In this document: positions 56,388 to 64,000 of the stretch, one piece after another
Layout: each line of letters begins with the position of its first letter
How positions within the stretch are numbered: position 1 is the first letter of the stretch
Assembly (NCBI GenBank): GCA_963765495.1
Contig: CAVXWP010000008.1
Location: 704,001-768,000, forward strand
DNA length: 64,000 nucleotides
Reading direction: 5' to 3'
DNA from: Blastocatellia bacterium
GTDB lineage: Bacteria > Acidobacteriota > Blastocatellia > UBA7656
The notes under the pieces: generated by a model
The model's input: the letters and a program-made list of their open reading frames with translations, nothing else
Database searches by the model: none
What the model was told of the DNA's origin: nothing
Translations under genes and position numbers: made by a program

Positions 56388-57200
56388 CTATCGTTGAAAT
56401 ATCAGCAGGACTGCATTTATCGAGTTGAACAGCATATGCACCCCCACGCAGGGCAGAAGCGATTCGGTCCTTGCGCGAATGATCGTAAGGGTAAAACTCA
56501 GTATGGTAAGCCCTATCAAACCGGCCCATGCACCCCAATACTGAGGCACATGAACGCCTACGAACAGCAATGAGATAATCACTATCGTCGTGTTGACACC
56601 GATTCGGCCCCGAAGGCCAGTAAATAAGACGCCTCTGTAAACGGCCTCCTCCGTTATCGGTGCTGTGAAGACCGCAAGAAACGCAACCGCATATCTGACC
56701 CCCCGAGAGGTCTTGAGCAGTATATCGAATGCCGTCTCTTTATCGGGTGGGAGTATGCTGCCAAGTATGAAGAGTATGGCAATCACCGAAGCGACTATTC
56801 CGCCGATGTAGAGCATTTTTGAGGCAGTAGAGCGTCCGTTCCAGTACCAGTCCAGGCTCTCAAGAAAAGGGCGTTTCCCCATCCCCGTAACGACCATCCA
56901 GATAAAGCCCAGCGTAAGTAGATGAGCAACCATCGTTGACAGTACCTGTACCAGAATTACTGGAGGAGAACTGACCCACTGCAATAGAGCGGTCTCCTCG
57001 GTCAGGCTGGGTACGGGCTTACCCATAAAAAGAAGTAGGATGAACCAGAGGATTACCGCGACAATAGGTATAATCAGCAGAGTGCCTACGCTAAATAGCC
57101 AGACGCCTATCGCCGCCGGGATCGACCAGCGCGGGCGGTTTGGTTCTACAGGAGGGGCGATCTGAGGCTGAAATCCGGCATAATCAACATTTTCCGCCAT
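56388..57200 (-). CDS. CPBP/Abi (CAAX-type) intramembrane metalloprotease
   Basis: APITEEAVYRG, FVGVH, HMLFN motifs, multiple TMs. Confidence 0.9.
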   Translation of the reverse strand: MAENVDYAGFQPQIAPPVEPNRPRWSIPAAIGVWLFSVGTLLIIPIVAVILWFILLLFMGKPVPSLTEETALLQWVSSPPVILVQVLSTMVAHLLTLGFIWMVVTGMGKRPFLESLDWYWNGRSTASKMLYIGGIVASVIAILFILGSILPPDKETAFDILLKTSRGVRYAVAFLAVFTAPITEEAVYRGVLFTGLRGRIGVNTTIVIISLLFVGVHVPQYWGAWAGLIGLTILSFTLTIIRARTESLLPCVGVHMLFNSINAVLLIFQR

Positions 57201-57290
57201 ATTTTCCCTTTCGGAGGACGAATCAGATTCAGTTTAGCGACTGCCAGATTGCACGGTCAAGTTCACCGCATTTTCGTAATAGCGCAGAAT

Positions 57291-57356
57291 AGCCACAGAG
57301 GCACAAAGACAAAGAGAATAAAGGAAAAGCCTCTGTGCCTCTGTGGCTCCGTGGCT
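57291..57356. repeat. Inverted repeat with 9-mer periodicity (15-bp perfect arms)
   Basis: AGCCACAGAGGCACA (57291-57305) ... TGTGCCTCTGTGGCT (57334-57348). Confidence 0.75.
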
Positions 57357-57392
57357 CATCCTCTTTCTGAACAGATACCGATCTCATGTATC

Positions 57393-58115
57393 TCAATTCA
57401 AGTTTGACGCGATCACCTCGCGAGTTCTTTGGATCAAACCCGGGAGGTTCTCTTGATACTTGCCAGGATCAATGGCCGCGCTCAAAATCACATCGACTCT
57501 CCCGGGGCGCGGGGCCAGCGACCCCTTCGGTAATCGTTCGTGCGTGCCCCGAATCGCTACCGGCACTACGGGAACTCCTGCGAGGAGAGCAATCTTGAAT
57601 GCGCCCTGTTTGAACTCTTTGAGTCTCCCATCTTCGGACCTTGTTCCTTCTGGAAAGAGCGCCAGCGATTTACCCGCCTGCACGCCCTCGACTATGCGCT
57701 TGATGCTGCGCATTGTTCTTCGCGGGTCGGCCCTGTCTACGGGGAAGTGTCCCGCCGTACGCAGGTACCAGCCAAGAAAAGGCACCGAAAACAGCTCTTT
57801 TTTTGCCATTATATAAAACCTGCGAGGCAGGTAGCCAAATAGCGCAGGGATGTCTATCAGGCTTGTGTGGTTTGCCATGTAAATATAGTTTTGATCGGGA
57901 CGAAGATTCTCAATCCCATGTACTTCGATGCGAGCGCCGATTGTCCACGCAATCAACCGGCACCACCATCTGGCGCACCAGAATTGCAGATTTCCAGTCT
58001 TATCGAACGGCCAGAGTATGAGTGAGAGCGTGCCCATCACTATGGTATAGAAATACCAGAGCAGATTGGCGATTGGAGCATAGCAATAGACCAGGATGAT
58101 TTTTAGCTTCCGCAA
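57393..58115 (-). CDS. plsC: 1-acyl-sn-glycerol-3-phosphate acyltransferase
   Basis: NHTSLID, AKKEL, FPEGTRS, FKQG, VPVVPV. Confidence 0.92.
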   Translation of the reverse strand: MRKLKIILVYCYAPIANLLWYFYTIVMGTLSLILWPFDKTGNLQFWCARWWCRLIAWTIGARIEVHGIENLRPDQNYIYMANHTSLIDIPALFGYLPRRFYIMAKKELFSVPFLGWYLRTAGHFPVDRADPRRTMRSIKRIVEGVQAGKSLALFPEGTRSEDGRLKEFKQGAFKIALLAGVPVVPVAIRGTHERLPKGSLAPRPGRVDVILSAAIDPGKYQENLPGLIQRTREVIASNLN

Positions 58116-58705
58116 CGATTACCCGTTCCCTGTCGCGCCAGTAGTCGAGCGCCAGTAGTCGAGCCTTGTTCACTTGCGTCACGCGTCATCGATTCGATCA
58201 GCAAGAGTGTGATTATGGTCTTTGCATCATCAATCTCGCCTGAACGAACCCTCGCGATGGCTTCGGCAAGAGGCATGCGCTCAACTTCGATCTCCTCGTC
58301 ATCATCGAGGTTTTGAGCAGACGGCTCAAGCCCGGTCGCAAGATAAACATATATTCGCTCCTCGCAATACCCCGGCGCGACATTGAATTCAGCGAGCTTG
58401 CGAAACTCGGCGGCGCGCATTCCAATCTCCTCTTCAAGCTCGCGCCGCGCGGCCTGTTCCGGCGTGTCTCCGGGTTCGATGCGCCCGGCTGCGATCTCAA
58501 GCGAATACTTGCCCAGAGGGTAGCGCCACTGCCGGACAAGCGCCACCGAACCGTCTTCAAAGAGCGGCAAAGCACCCGCGCCGCCGTTGTGGTGGACTAC
58601 TTCGATTGTAACTTCTCCCCTGGCAGCCGATTGATACCGGCTCAAAGAGAGATCTAAAACCTTGCCTTGAAAAATGTAATCCCGCTTTATGAGTTCGTGA
58701 GCCAT
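58103..58705 (-). CDS. Nudix hydrolase (ADP-ribose pyrophosphatase-like)
   Basis: RQWRYP, Nudix box GRIEPGDTPEQAARRELEEEIG, DAKT. Confidence 0.92.
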   Translation of the reverse strand: MAHELIKRDYIFQGKVLDLSLSRYQSAARGEVTIEVVHHNGGAGALPLFEDGSVALVRQWRYPLGKYSLEIAAGRIEPGDTPEQAARRELEEEIGMRAAEFRKLAEFNVAPGYCEERIYVYLATGLEPSAQNLDDDEEIEVERMPLAEAIARVRSGEIDDAKTIITLLLIESMTRDASEQGSTTGARLLARQGTGNRCGS

Positions 58706-60018
58706 CTTTGAGAATCATCCTCCTCTTCTGCGAGAAGTCTTTTTACCTCGCCAACAAGAAACAAGGACCCGGCCACAAGTATCAAGCCGTCAAGAGGTGT
58801 CACGCTCCGCGCCCACGAGAGCGCCTGCCTTACGCTTTCGGTAAAGACAACATTGCGCGACGAAGCAAGCGCCGACTTCCCCATCCGCGCATTGCTTGCG
58901 GCGCGACGGTCGTTTACGCGAGTCAAGACAATGGTCGTGGCAGTGGGGAAGAGTTCGGTCGCTATGCCTTCGATGTTCTTGTCAGCCATAACGCCAAAGA
59001 TCAACGTGATGTGGCCCTGCCAGGATTCATCGAGATAAGCCTTCAGGCTCCGGGCCCCGGCTACATTATGCGCTCCATCAAGCAGGATAGGCGGACGGTC
59101 TTCGACCAATTCCAGACGCCCCGGCCAGGTGATTTCTCTGAGACCCGTGACGATTGCCTCGCGCGGTATCTCGATCCCAAGCTCGGTCAAAAGCTCCGCC
59201 GTCTCGATTGCCGCCGAAGCATTCTCTACCTGATGACGGCCCCTGAGCCCGAGCATCAACCTGCTATAGCTCGTGTGCGAGGATTCGTAATCGAAGCTCA
59301 TCCGGCCCAGATCGTTCACAGACGAATCCGTCGCTTCGTTTGCGAAGACGGGGAGGACACTTACTTCGAGGCAACGACGCATCAATACTTCGGTAGCCTC
59401 TTTGTGCTTCTGGCGTCCGATCACCGCCCGGCGTCCCGGCTTGATAATAGCCGCTTTCTCAGAGGCGATCTCTGTGATCGTGTTGCCGAGAATGTTTTGA
59501 TGATCAAAATCTATCGAGGTGACGACTGACACGATTGCATCGACTGCGTTCGTAGCATCGAGCCTTCCGCCAAGACCTACCTCCAGAACCGCCAGATCGA
59601 CCGCGCTGTCCGAGAAATGCAGGAGCGCAATCGCCGTTACCTGCTCAAAAAAAGTCGGCATCCATTCGAGCTTGCCCTCAGCAAGCAGCGATTCGGATGC
59701 GACACGGACACGGGTCGCGAGGCGGGCAAACTCTTCTTCCGAGATTTCATTCCCACCCGTTCTTATGCGTTCTTCGATCCTTATCAGATGCGGAGATGTA
59801 TAAAGCGCCACCCGGTATTCGGCCTGCCGCGCAATGGATTCGATCATAGCCGCTACCGAGCCTTTGCCGTTTGTTCCCGCGACCAGGATCGAGCGAAACG
59901 ACTGGTCGGGCCGACCAAGCGCCTCAAGCAGCAATGTGACGCTTTCCAGTCCGAATTTCGCCGCGAGCACTTCGTGGCCCAGACCGTAGAGATAATTGAG
60001 CGATTGAGAGTAATCCAT
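58687..60018 (-). CDS. folC: Folylpolyglutamate synthase / dihydrofolate synthase
   Basis: AGTNGKGS, YTSPHL, EVGLGGRLDATN, WPGRLE, DGAHN, AGSLFLVG. Confidence 0.96.
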   Translation of the reverse strand: MDYSQSLNYLYGLGHEVLAAKFGLESVTLLLEALGRPDQSFRSILVAGTNGKGSVAAMIESIARQAEYRVALYTSPHLIRIEERIRTGGNEISEEEFARLATRVRVASESLLAEGKLEWMPTFFEQVTAIALLHFSDSAVDLAVLEVGLGGRLDATNAVDAIVSVVTSIDFDHQNILGNTITEIASEKAAIIKPGRRAVIGRQKHKEATEVLMRRCLEVSVLPVFANEATDSSVNDLGRMSFDYESSHTSYSRLMLGLRGRHQVENASAAIETAELLTELGIEIPREAIVTGLREITWPGRLELVEDRPPILLDGAHNVAGARSLKAYLDESWQGHITLIFGVMADKNIEGIATELFPTATTIVLTRVNDRRAASNARMGKSALASSRNVVFTESVRQALSWARSVTPLDGLILVAGSLFLVGEVKRLLAEEEDDSQRWLTNS

Positions 60019-60073
60019 ATTCAGAATTATTGAAGCGCAAATAGAAGGCGGATGACTCGAACATCTCAGAATG

Positions 60074-60095
60074 GCGCAGATAAAATCTGCGCTAC
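60074..60095 (-). repeat. GTAG-type REP-like palindrome
   Basis: Minus strand reads GTAG-CGCAGAT-TTT-ATCTGCG, intergenic between accD and folC. Confidence 0.5.
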
Positions 60096-60192
60096 TTGAG
60101 TCCGCGTCACCCGCATTCGGTTCAATCTGCCTGTCCGGCGCGCCGGGCTGGTTCAGACCTGTAGGCTCTTTTTCAAGCTTCTCATCCGGTCG

Positions 60193-61062
60193 TCAATGCT
60201 CTTTTTTGTTTCCATTCCCGCTCATGAAATTGAGCGAAGAGACCAGAAAATCCTTCATGTCCTTGCGCGGAACCACCTGGTCAAGCATGCCATGTGTGAG
60301 CAGGAATTCCGCCCGCTGAAATCCCTCGGGGAGCTTTTGCCTGATCGTCTGCTCGATTACGCGAGGGCCTGCAAATCCTATCAGCGCGCCGGGTTCGGCT
60401 ATGTTCAAATCACCCAGCATAGCAAAGCTCGCGGTCACGCCCCCGGTCGTAGGGTCCGTCAATACCGAGATAAATGGCATACCCGCCTCATCAAGCCGCG
60501 CGAGCGCCGCAGATATTTTAGCCATCTGCATCAACGAAATGACGCCCTCCTGCATTCGCGCTCCGCCGGAGGCGGAAAAGATTATCAGCGCCGATTTCGA
60601 TTCAACGGCGCGCTCTATGGCGCGTGTTATCTTCTCTCCCACAACCGCGCCGAGCGAACCGCCTACAAAGGACAATTCCATTGAGCATATCGTAACAGGA
60701 TGTCCGCCAACCTTACCCTCGCCCGTTATGAGCGCATCAAGCAGACCCGTGCTTTTGCGCATACTCTCCAAACGGTCCTTATAGCCTTTTGTATCCACAA
60801 ACCGCAAGGGGTCTGTCGAAATCAGATCAGCATCGAACTCGGTCCAGCTTGCCCCGTCGAAGTTCATTCTCAATCGCTCGATAGCCTTGATGCGCATATG
60901 ATAATCGCACTTGGGGCAGACATTGAGATTCTCTTCAATATCGCGCTTGAAAAGCATCTGCTCGCACCCCGGGCACTTGATAAACAGCCCTTCGGTGCGG
61001 ACCGTGCGCTCTTCATTCGTATCGGATTGCTTGGCGGTATCTTTTTTTCTAAACCAGCTCAT
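60193..61062 (-). CDS. accD: Acetyl-CoA carboxylase carboxyltransferase beta subunit
   Basis: MSWF start, C4 zinc finger, SGGARMQEG, PTTGGVTASFA, GFAGPRVIEQT. Confidence 0.97.
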   Translation of the reverse strand: MSWFRKKDTAKQSDTNEERTVRTEGLFIKCPGCEQMLFKRDIEENLNVCPKCDYHMRIKAIERLRMNFDGASWTEFDADLISTDPLRFVDTKGYKDRLESMRKSTGLLDALITGEGKVGGHPVTICSMELSFVGGSLGAVVGEKITRAIERAVESKSALIIFSASGGARMQEGVISLMQMAKISAALARLDEAGMPFISVLTDPTTGGVTASFAMLGDLNIAEPGALIGFAGPRVIEQTIRQKLPEGFQRAEFLLTHGMLDQVVPRKDMKDFLVSSLNFMSGNGNKKEH

Positions 61063-61067
61063 TGTAT

Positions 61068-61148
61068 GGGGGTCGGGGGTCGGGGGCCGGGGTCGGGAAC
61101 AGGCATCCGGCAACGAATCCCTGGCCCCTGGCCCCCGGCCCCCGGCCC
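61068..61148. repeat. G-rich/C-rich heptamer palindromic element filling the pduO-accD gap
   Basis: GGGGGTCGGGGGTCGGGGGCCGGGGTCGGG ... CCCTGGCCCCTGGCCCCCGGCCCCCGGCCC. Confidence 0.85.
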
Positions 61149-61706
61149 TTACCTGTTCCTTTTACTAAAATCGGTCATCTTCTCAGGAATACCCGAGCGG
61201 TGATTGATCACTCTGGCCAGGATGAACAAGAGGTCGGACAACCGGTTGAGATAGACTATTGTAAGAGGGTTTATCTCTTCGGTCTCCGAGAGCCCGACGA
61301 CACGGCGTTCGGCCCTGCGCGTCACAGCGCGGGCCAGATGCAGCGTTGCGCCAGCTTCTGAGCCGCCGGGCAGGATAAATTCTTTGAGCGGGGCAAGCTG
61401 CGCCAGATAACGATCCGCCAGTTCCTCAAGCGAAGTAACAAAACGCTCGTCCACGCGAGGCACTTCTATGTCTGAGAGGCTCGCCAGATCTGCGCCTACT
61501 GTAAACAGATCGTTTTGGATGAGGCCCAGGATTTCATCAATTTCAAGGTCTTTCAACCTGGAGCGCGCCTGACCGATGAGCGAGTTCAACTCGTCAACAT
61601 CGCCATAGGCTTCGACGCGCGGGCTTGCCTTGCTCACTCTCGCGCCGCCGACAAGACCTGTTTCGCCTTTGTCTCCGGTCTTTGTGTAGACCTTTGAAAT
61701 TCTCAT
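61149..61706 (-). CDS. pduO: ATP:cob(I)alamin adenosyltransferase (PduO type)
   Basis: [44 protein letters not shown]. Confidence 0.93.
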   Translation of the reverse strand: MRISKVYTKTGDKGETGLVGGARVSKASPRVEAYGDVDELNSLIGQARSRLKDLEIDEILGLIQNDLFTVGADLASLSDIEVPRVDERFVTSLEELADRYLAQLAPLKEFILPGGSEAGATLHLARAVTRRAERRVVGLSETEEINPLTIVYLNRLSDLLFILARVINHRSGIPEKMTDFSKRNR

Positions 61707-61876
61707 CCCATCTCCCTTTTGAATAGCTGTCAATTCTAGGCTCCCGGGTTCGGGTTGTCAAAGCAGTCATAGAAGCAGGGCCCAATAAACGTCGCTCGCA
61801 AACCTGATCCTGCGGTTGCGCGAGGTTGGAAACTCAGCTACTCTGGCGTATCTCAGGTTGGTGAGGGATTGTATAG

Positions 61877-63142
61877 ATGGCAAAGATCACTGTCGGGATA
61901 CTGGGGCTTGGCACAGTCGGGACCGGAGTAGTAAAACTGCTGGCCGATGACCCGCGTTTCAAGGTCAAATGGGTCGCAGTTCGTGATAAATCAAAGGCTC
62001 GAAGGGTTGACATCTCTTCGGTGCGCGTGACCGACCAGCCTTTCGATTTAGTAAACGACCCGGAAGTGGAGATAGTCATCGAAGTCGCGGGAGGCATCTC
62101 CCCGATCTACGATTTGATCAAACAGGCAATCGAACAGGGCAAACACATTGTCACGGCCAACAAGGAGGTCATCGCCCGTCACGGGGCCGAGATATTCCAG
62201 CTTGCGCATAGAAAGAATGTAACGGTCTTGTTTGAAGCCGCCGTTGGCGGCGGCATACCTTTGATTTCGACCATTCAGCGCGGTCTTCAGGCCAATCAGA
62301 TTTCAAGAGTAGCCGGTATTCTAAACGGCACTACAAACTACATCCTGACGGCGATGGACGACCACGGACAGAGCTTCAATGATGCGCTCGCCGACGCGCA
62401 ACGTCTCGGTTTCGCCGAATCCGACCCGACAAATGATGTAGAAGGTTTCGATGTCGCCTATAAGATTACGATCCTCGCATCGCTTGCATTTGGCGGATTC
62501 GTCGAAGCCGATTCCGTCTATCGGCAGGGCATAACCCGGATAACGGATGCCGATATAGCGATAGCGCGCGAGTTCGGTTATAGAATAAAAATGATAGGTC
62601 TGGCTAGCCGTGGCAACGGATGTTTAGATGTGCGCGCGCATCCGATGCTTGTTCCCGCGCATCATCCGCTGGGCTCGGTCGAAGGCGCAAACAATGCCAT
62701 CTTTATCAGCGGTAGCGCCGTCGGCGAGGTGATGCTCGTAGGTCCCGGCGCGGGCGAAATGCCTACCGCAAGCGCCGTCGTGGGCGATCTGATCAGCCTT
62801 GCAAGCGCGCTCCGCCTCCCCGATTTCGCGCCATATTTTCAACCCTCGATTGTTGAGCACGAGTTGCCGCTCTGCTCAATCGAAGACGCTCAAAGCGCCT
62901 ATTACGTCAGGCTTGAAACCAATGACTCACCCGGCGTAATTGGCAATATAGGCCACGCGCTCGGCGGGCACGAGGTGAGCCTGCACAGTCTTGTACAGCG
63001 GGGCGTGAACGAAGACGGCGCGGCCACGATCATTTTGCTTACTCATCGCGCAAGCGAGCGAAATATGGCCCGGGCCTTGAAAGAGATCGAAGCCCAGGCG
63101 ACTACGAAACAGATCGGTATCGCCCTTCGAGTCTTTGAATGA
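61877..63142 (+). CDS. hom: Homoserine dehydrogenase with C-terminal ACT domain
   Basis: GLGTVGTG, VTANK, FEAAVGGGIP, NGTTNYIL, GPGAG..PTASAV. Confidence 0.96.
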   Translation: MAKITVGILGLGTVGTGVVKLLADDPRFKVKWVAVRDKSKARRVDISSVRVTDQPFDLVNDPEVEIVIEVAGGISPIYDLIKQAIEQGKHIVTANKEVIARHGAEIFQLAHRKNVTVLFEAAVGGGIPLISTIQRGLQANQISRVAGILNGTTNYILTAMDDHGQSFNDALADAQRLGFAESDPTNDVEGFDVAYKITILASLAFGGFVEADSVYRQGITRITDADIAIAREFGYRIKMIGLASRGNGCLDVRAHPMLVPAHHPLGSVEGANNAIFISGSAVGEVMLVGPGAGEMPTASAVVGDLISLASALRLPDFAPYFQPSIVEHELPLCSIEDAQSAYYVRLETNDSPGVIGNIGHALGGHEVSLHSLVQRGVNEDGAATIILLTHRASERNMARALKEIEAQATTKQIGIALRVFE

Positions 63143-63178
63143 AGGGGCGATGCAACTATTTATGATAGTTCGGGAATT

Positions 63179-64000
63179 ATGATAGTTCAGAAATTTGGCG
63201 GCACCTCGGTCAAGTCCGTCGCCCGCATAAAGAACGTGGCCGGGATAGTTGCCCGCGCGGCTGAAAATGAACGGGTGGTTGTCGTGGTCTCGGCAATGGG
63301 CGACACGACCGATTACCTTGTGAAGCTTGCGCGGCAGACCAGCAGGTCTCCAAATCATCGAGAGCTTGACGCGCTGCTTGCCACAGGCGAACAGATTTCG
63401 ATTGCGCTCGTTGCAATGGCCCTAAACGAGAGGGGAGTCAAATCTATTTCACTGACAGGCAGCCAGCTTGGCATCATCACCGAAGGCGTACACACCGCCG
63501 CTCGTATCGTAGACATAAAGACAGACCGGATTCGGCATTATCTGGATGACGGCTTTATTGTTGTAGCGGCCGGTTTTCAGGGCACCACGCCCGAAGGTCA
63601 CATTACTACTCTGGGCCGGGGCGGCTCCGACACTACGGCCGTTGCGCTCGCCGCCGCGCTTTGCGCCGCCCGCTGCGACATCTACACCGATGTGAGCGGC
63701 GTCTACACGGCAGATCCGAACGTAGTCAGTACGGCGCGTCTTCTCGATGAGATATCTTATGAAGAGATGCTCGAAATGGCGCGTGTCGGCGCGAAAGTCC
63801 TGCACCCTCGCGCCGTCGAGCTTGCGCGAAAGCACAATCTGCCCTTGAGAGTCAGGAATACTTTCGACCCCGATCATCCGGGCACCCTGCTAAAAGGAGC
63901 TGACAAAATGGAAATCTACCGGCCCGTGAGCGGCGTCAACGTAGACAACAACCAGGCGCGACTGGCTATCTTGAAAGTGCCTGACAGGCCAGGTATAGCG
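63179..64000 (+). CDS. lysC: Aspartate kinase, 3'-truncated by the window edge (not in the ORF track)
   Basis: Manual translation gives MIVQKFGGTS, VVVVSAMGDTTD, AGFQG, TTLGRGGSD, IYTDVSGVYTADP, KVLHPRAVE, VPDRPGIA. Confidence 0.95.
   Translation, partial: MIVQKFGGTSVKSVARIKNVAGIVARAAENERVVVVVSAMGDTTDYLVKLARQTSRSPNHRELDALLATGEQISIALVAMALNERGVKSISLTGSQLGIITEGVHTAARIVDIKTDRIRHYLDDGFIVVAAGFQGTTPEGHITTLGRGGSDTTAVALAAALCAARCDIYTDVSGVYTADPNVVSTARLLDEISYEEMLEMARVGAKVLHPRAVELARKHNLPLRVRNTFDPDHPGTLLKGADKMEIYRPVSGVNVDNNQARLAILKVPDRPGIA

Noticed and set aside
61734-61876. SAM/lysine riboswitch or Thr leader upstream of hom
   Set aside because: Only a weak hairpin is present, with no recognisable aptamer consensus or Thr/Ile-rich leader peptide. 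An Rfam scan would settle it.
63140-63178. Programmed readthrough or selenocysteine giving a Hom-LysC fusion
   Set aside because: The in-frame arrangement has a 1-in-3 chance prior, no SECIS-like hairpin follows the TGA, and both proteins have normal termini.
1-64000. rRNA, tRNA, prophage, IS transposase or defence-system genes
   Set aside because: None was recognised. Nearly all long ORFs are accounted for by housekeeping or envelope functions.

Overview
A 64-kb, gene-dense stretch of bacterial core chromosome, most likely Acidobacteriota (probably Blastocatellia-like). This assignment is an inference from the tandem acidobacterial-type VWA genes, the Oar-like TonB-dependent receptor and the kinase-TolB_N-TPR protein. 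It holds about 50 CDS: rimP-nusA-infB-rbfA-nrnA, yicC-gmk-rpoZ-coaBC, cdaA-cdaR-glmM, uvrA, glnE, LPS genes (kdsA, waaF, gmhA, msbA), pduO-accD-folC-nudix-plsC, hom-lysC and arsR/arsC. No rRNA, tRNA, CRISPR array, transposase, integrase or prophage was recognised. The most notable signals are: (1) several families of small intergenic palindromic elements, one of which sits in frame inside glnE and adds about 48 codons; (2) a composite repeat ending in a near-invariant 21-mer (TTGGAAAACTRAATGVCCCTG) at three loci; (3) three sigma54-type promoters in front of orphan genes, including a 56-aa ORF missed by the ORF track; (4) an exported M1 aminopeptidase-fold protein in which every catalytic motif is replaced; (5) a c-di-AMP operon followed by VirB10-like and PspA/ESCRT-III-like genes; (6) a 17-bp duplication at the lysC start that creates a coupled mini-ORF. 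All functional calls come from motif recognition by eye, not database searches.
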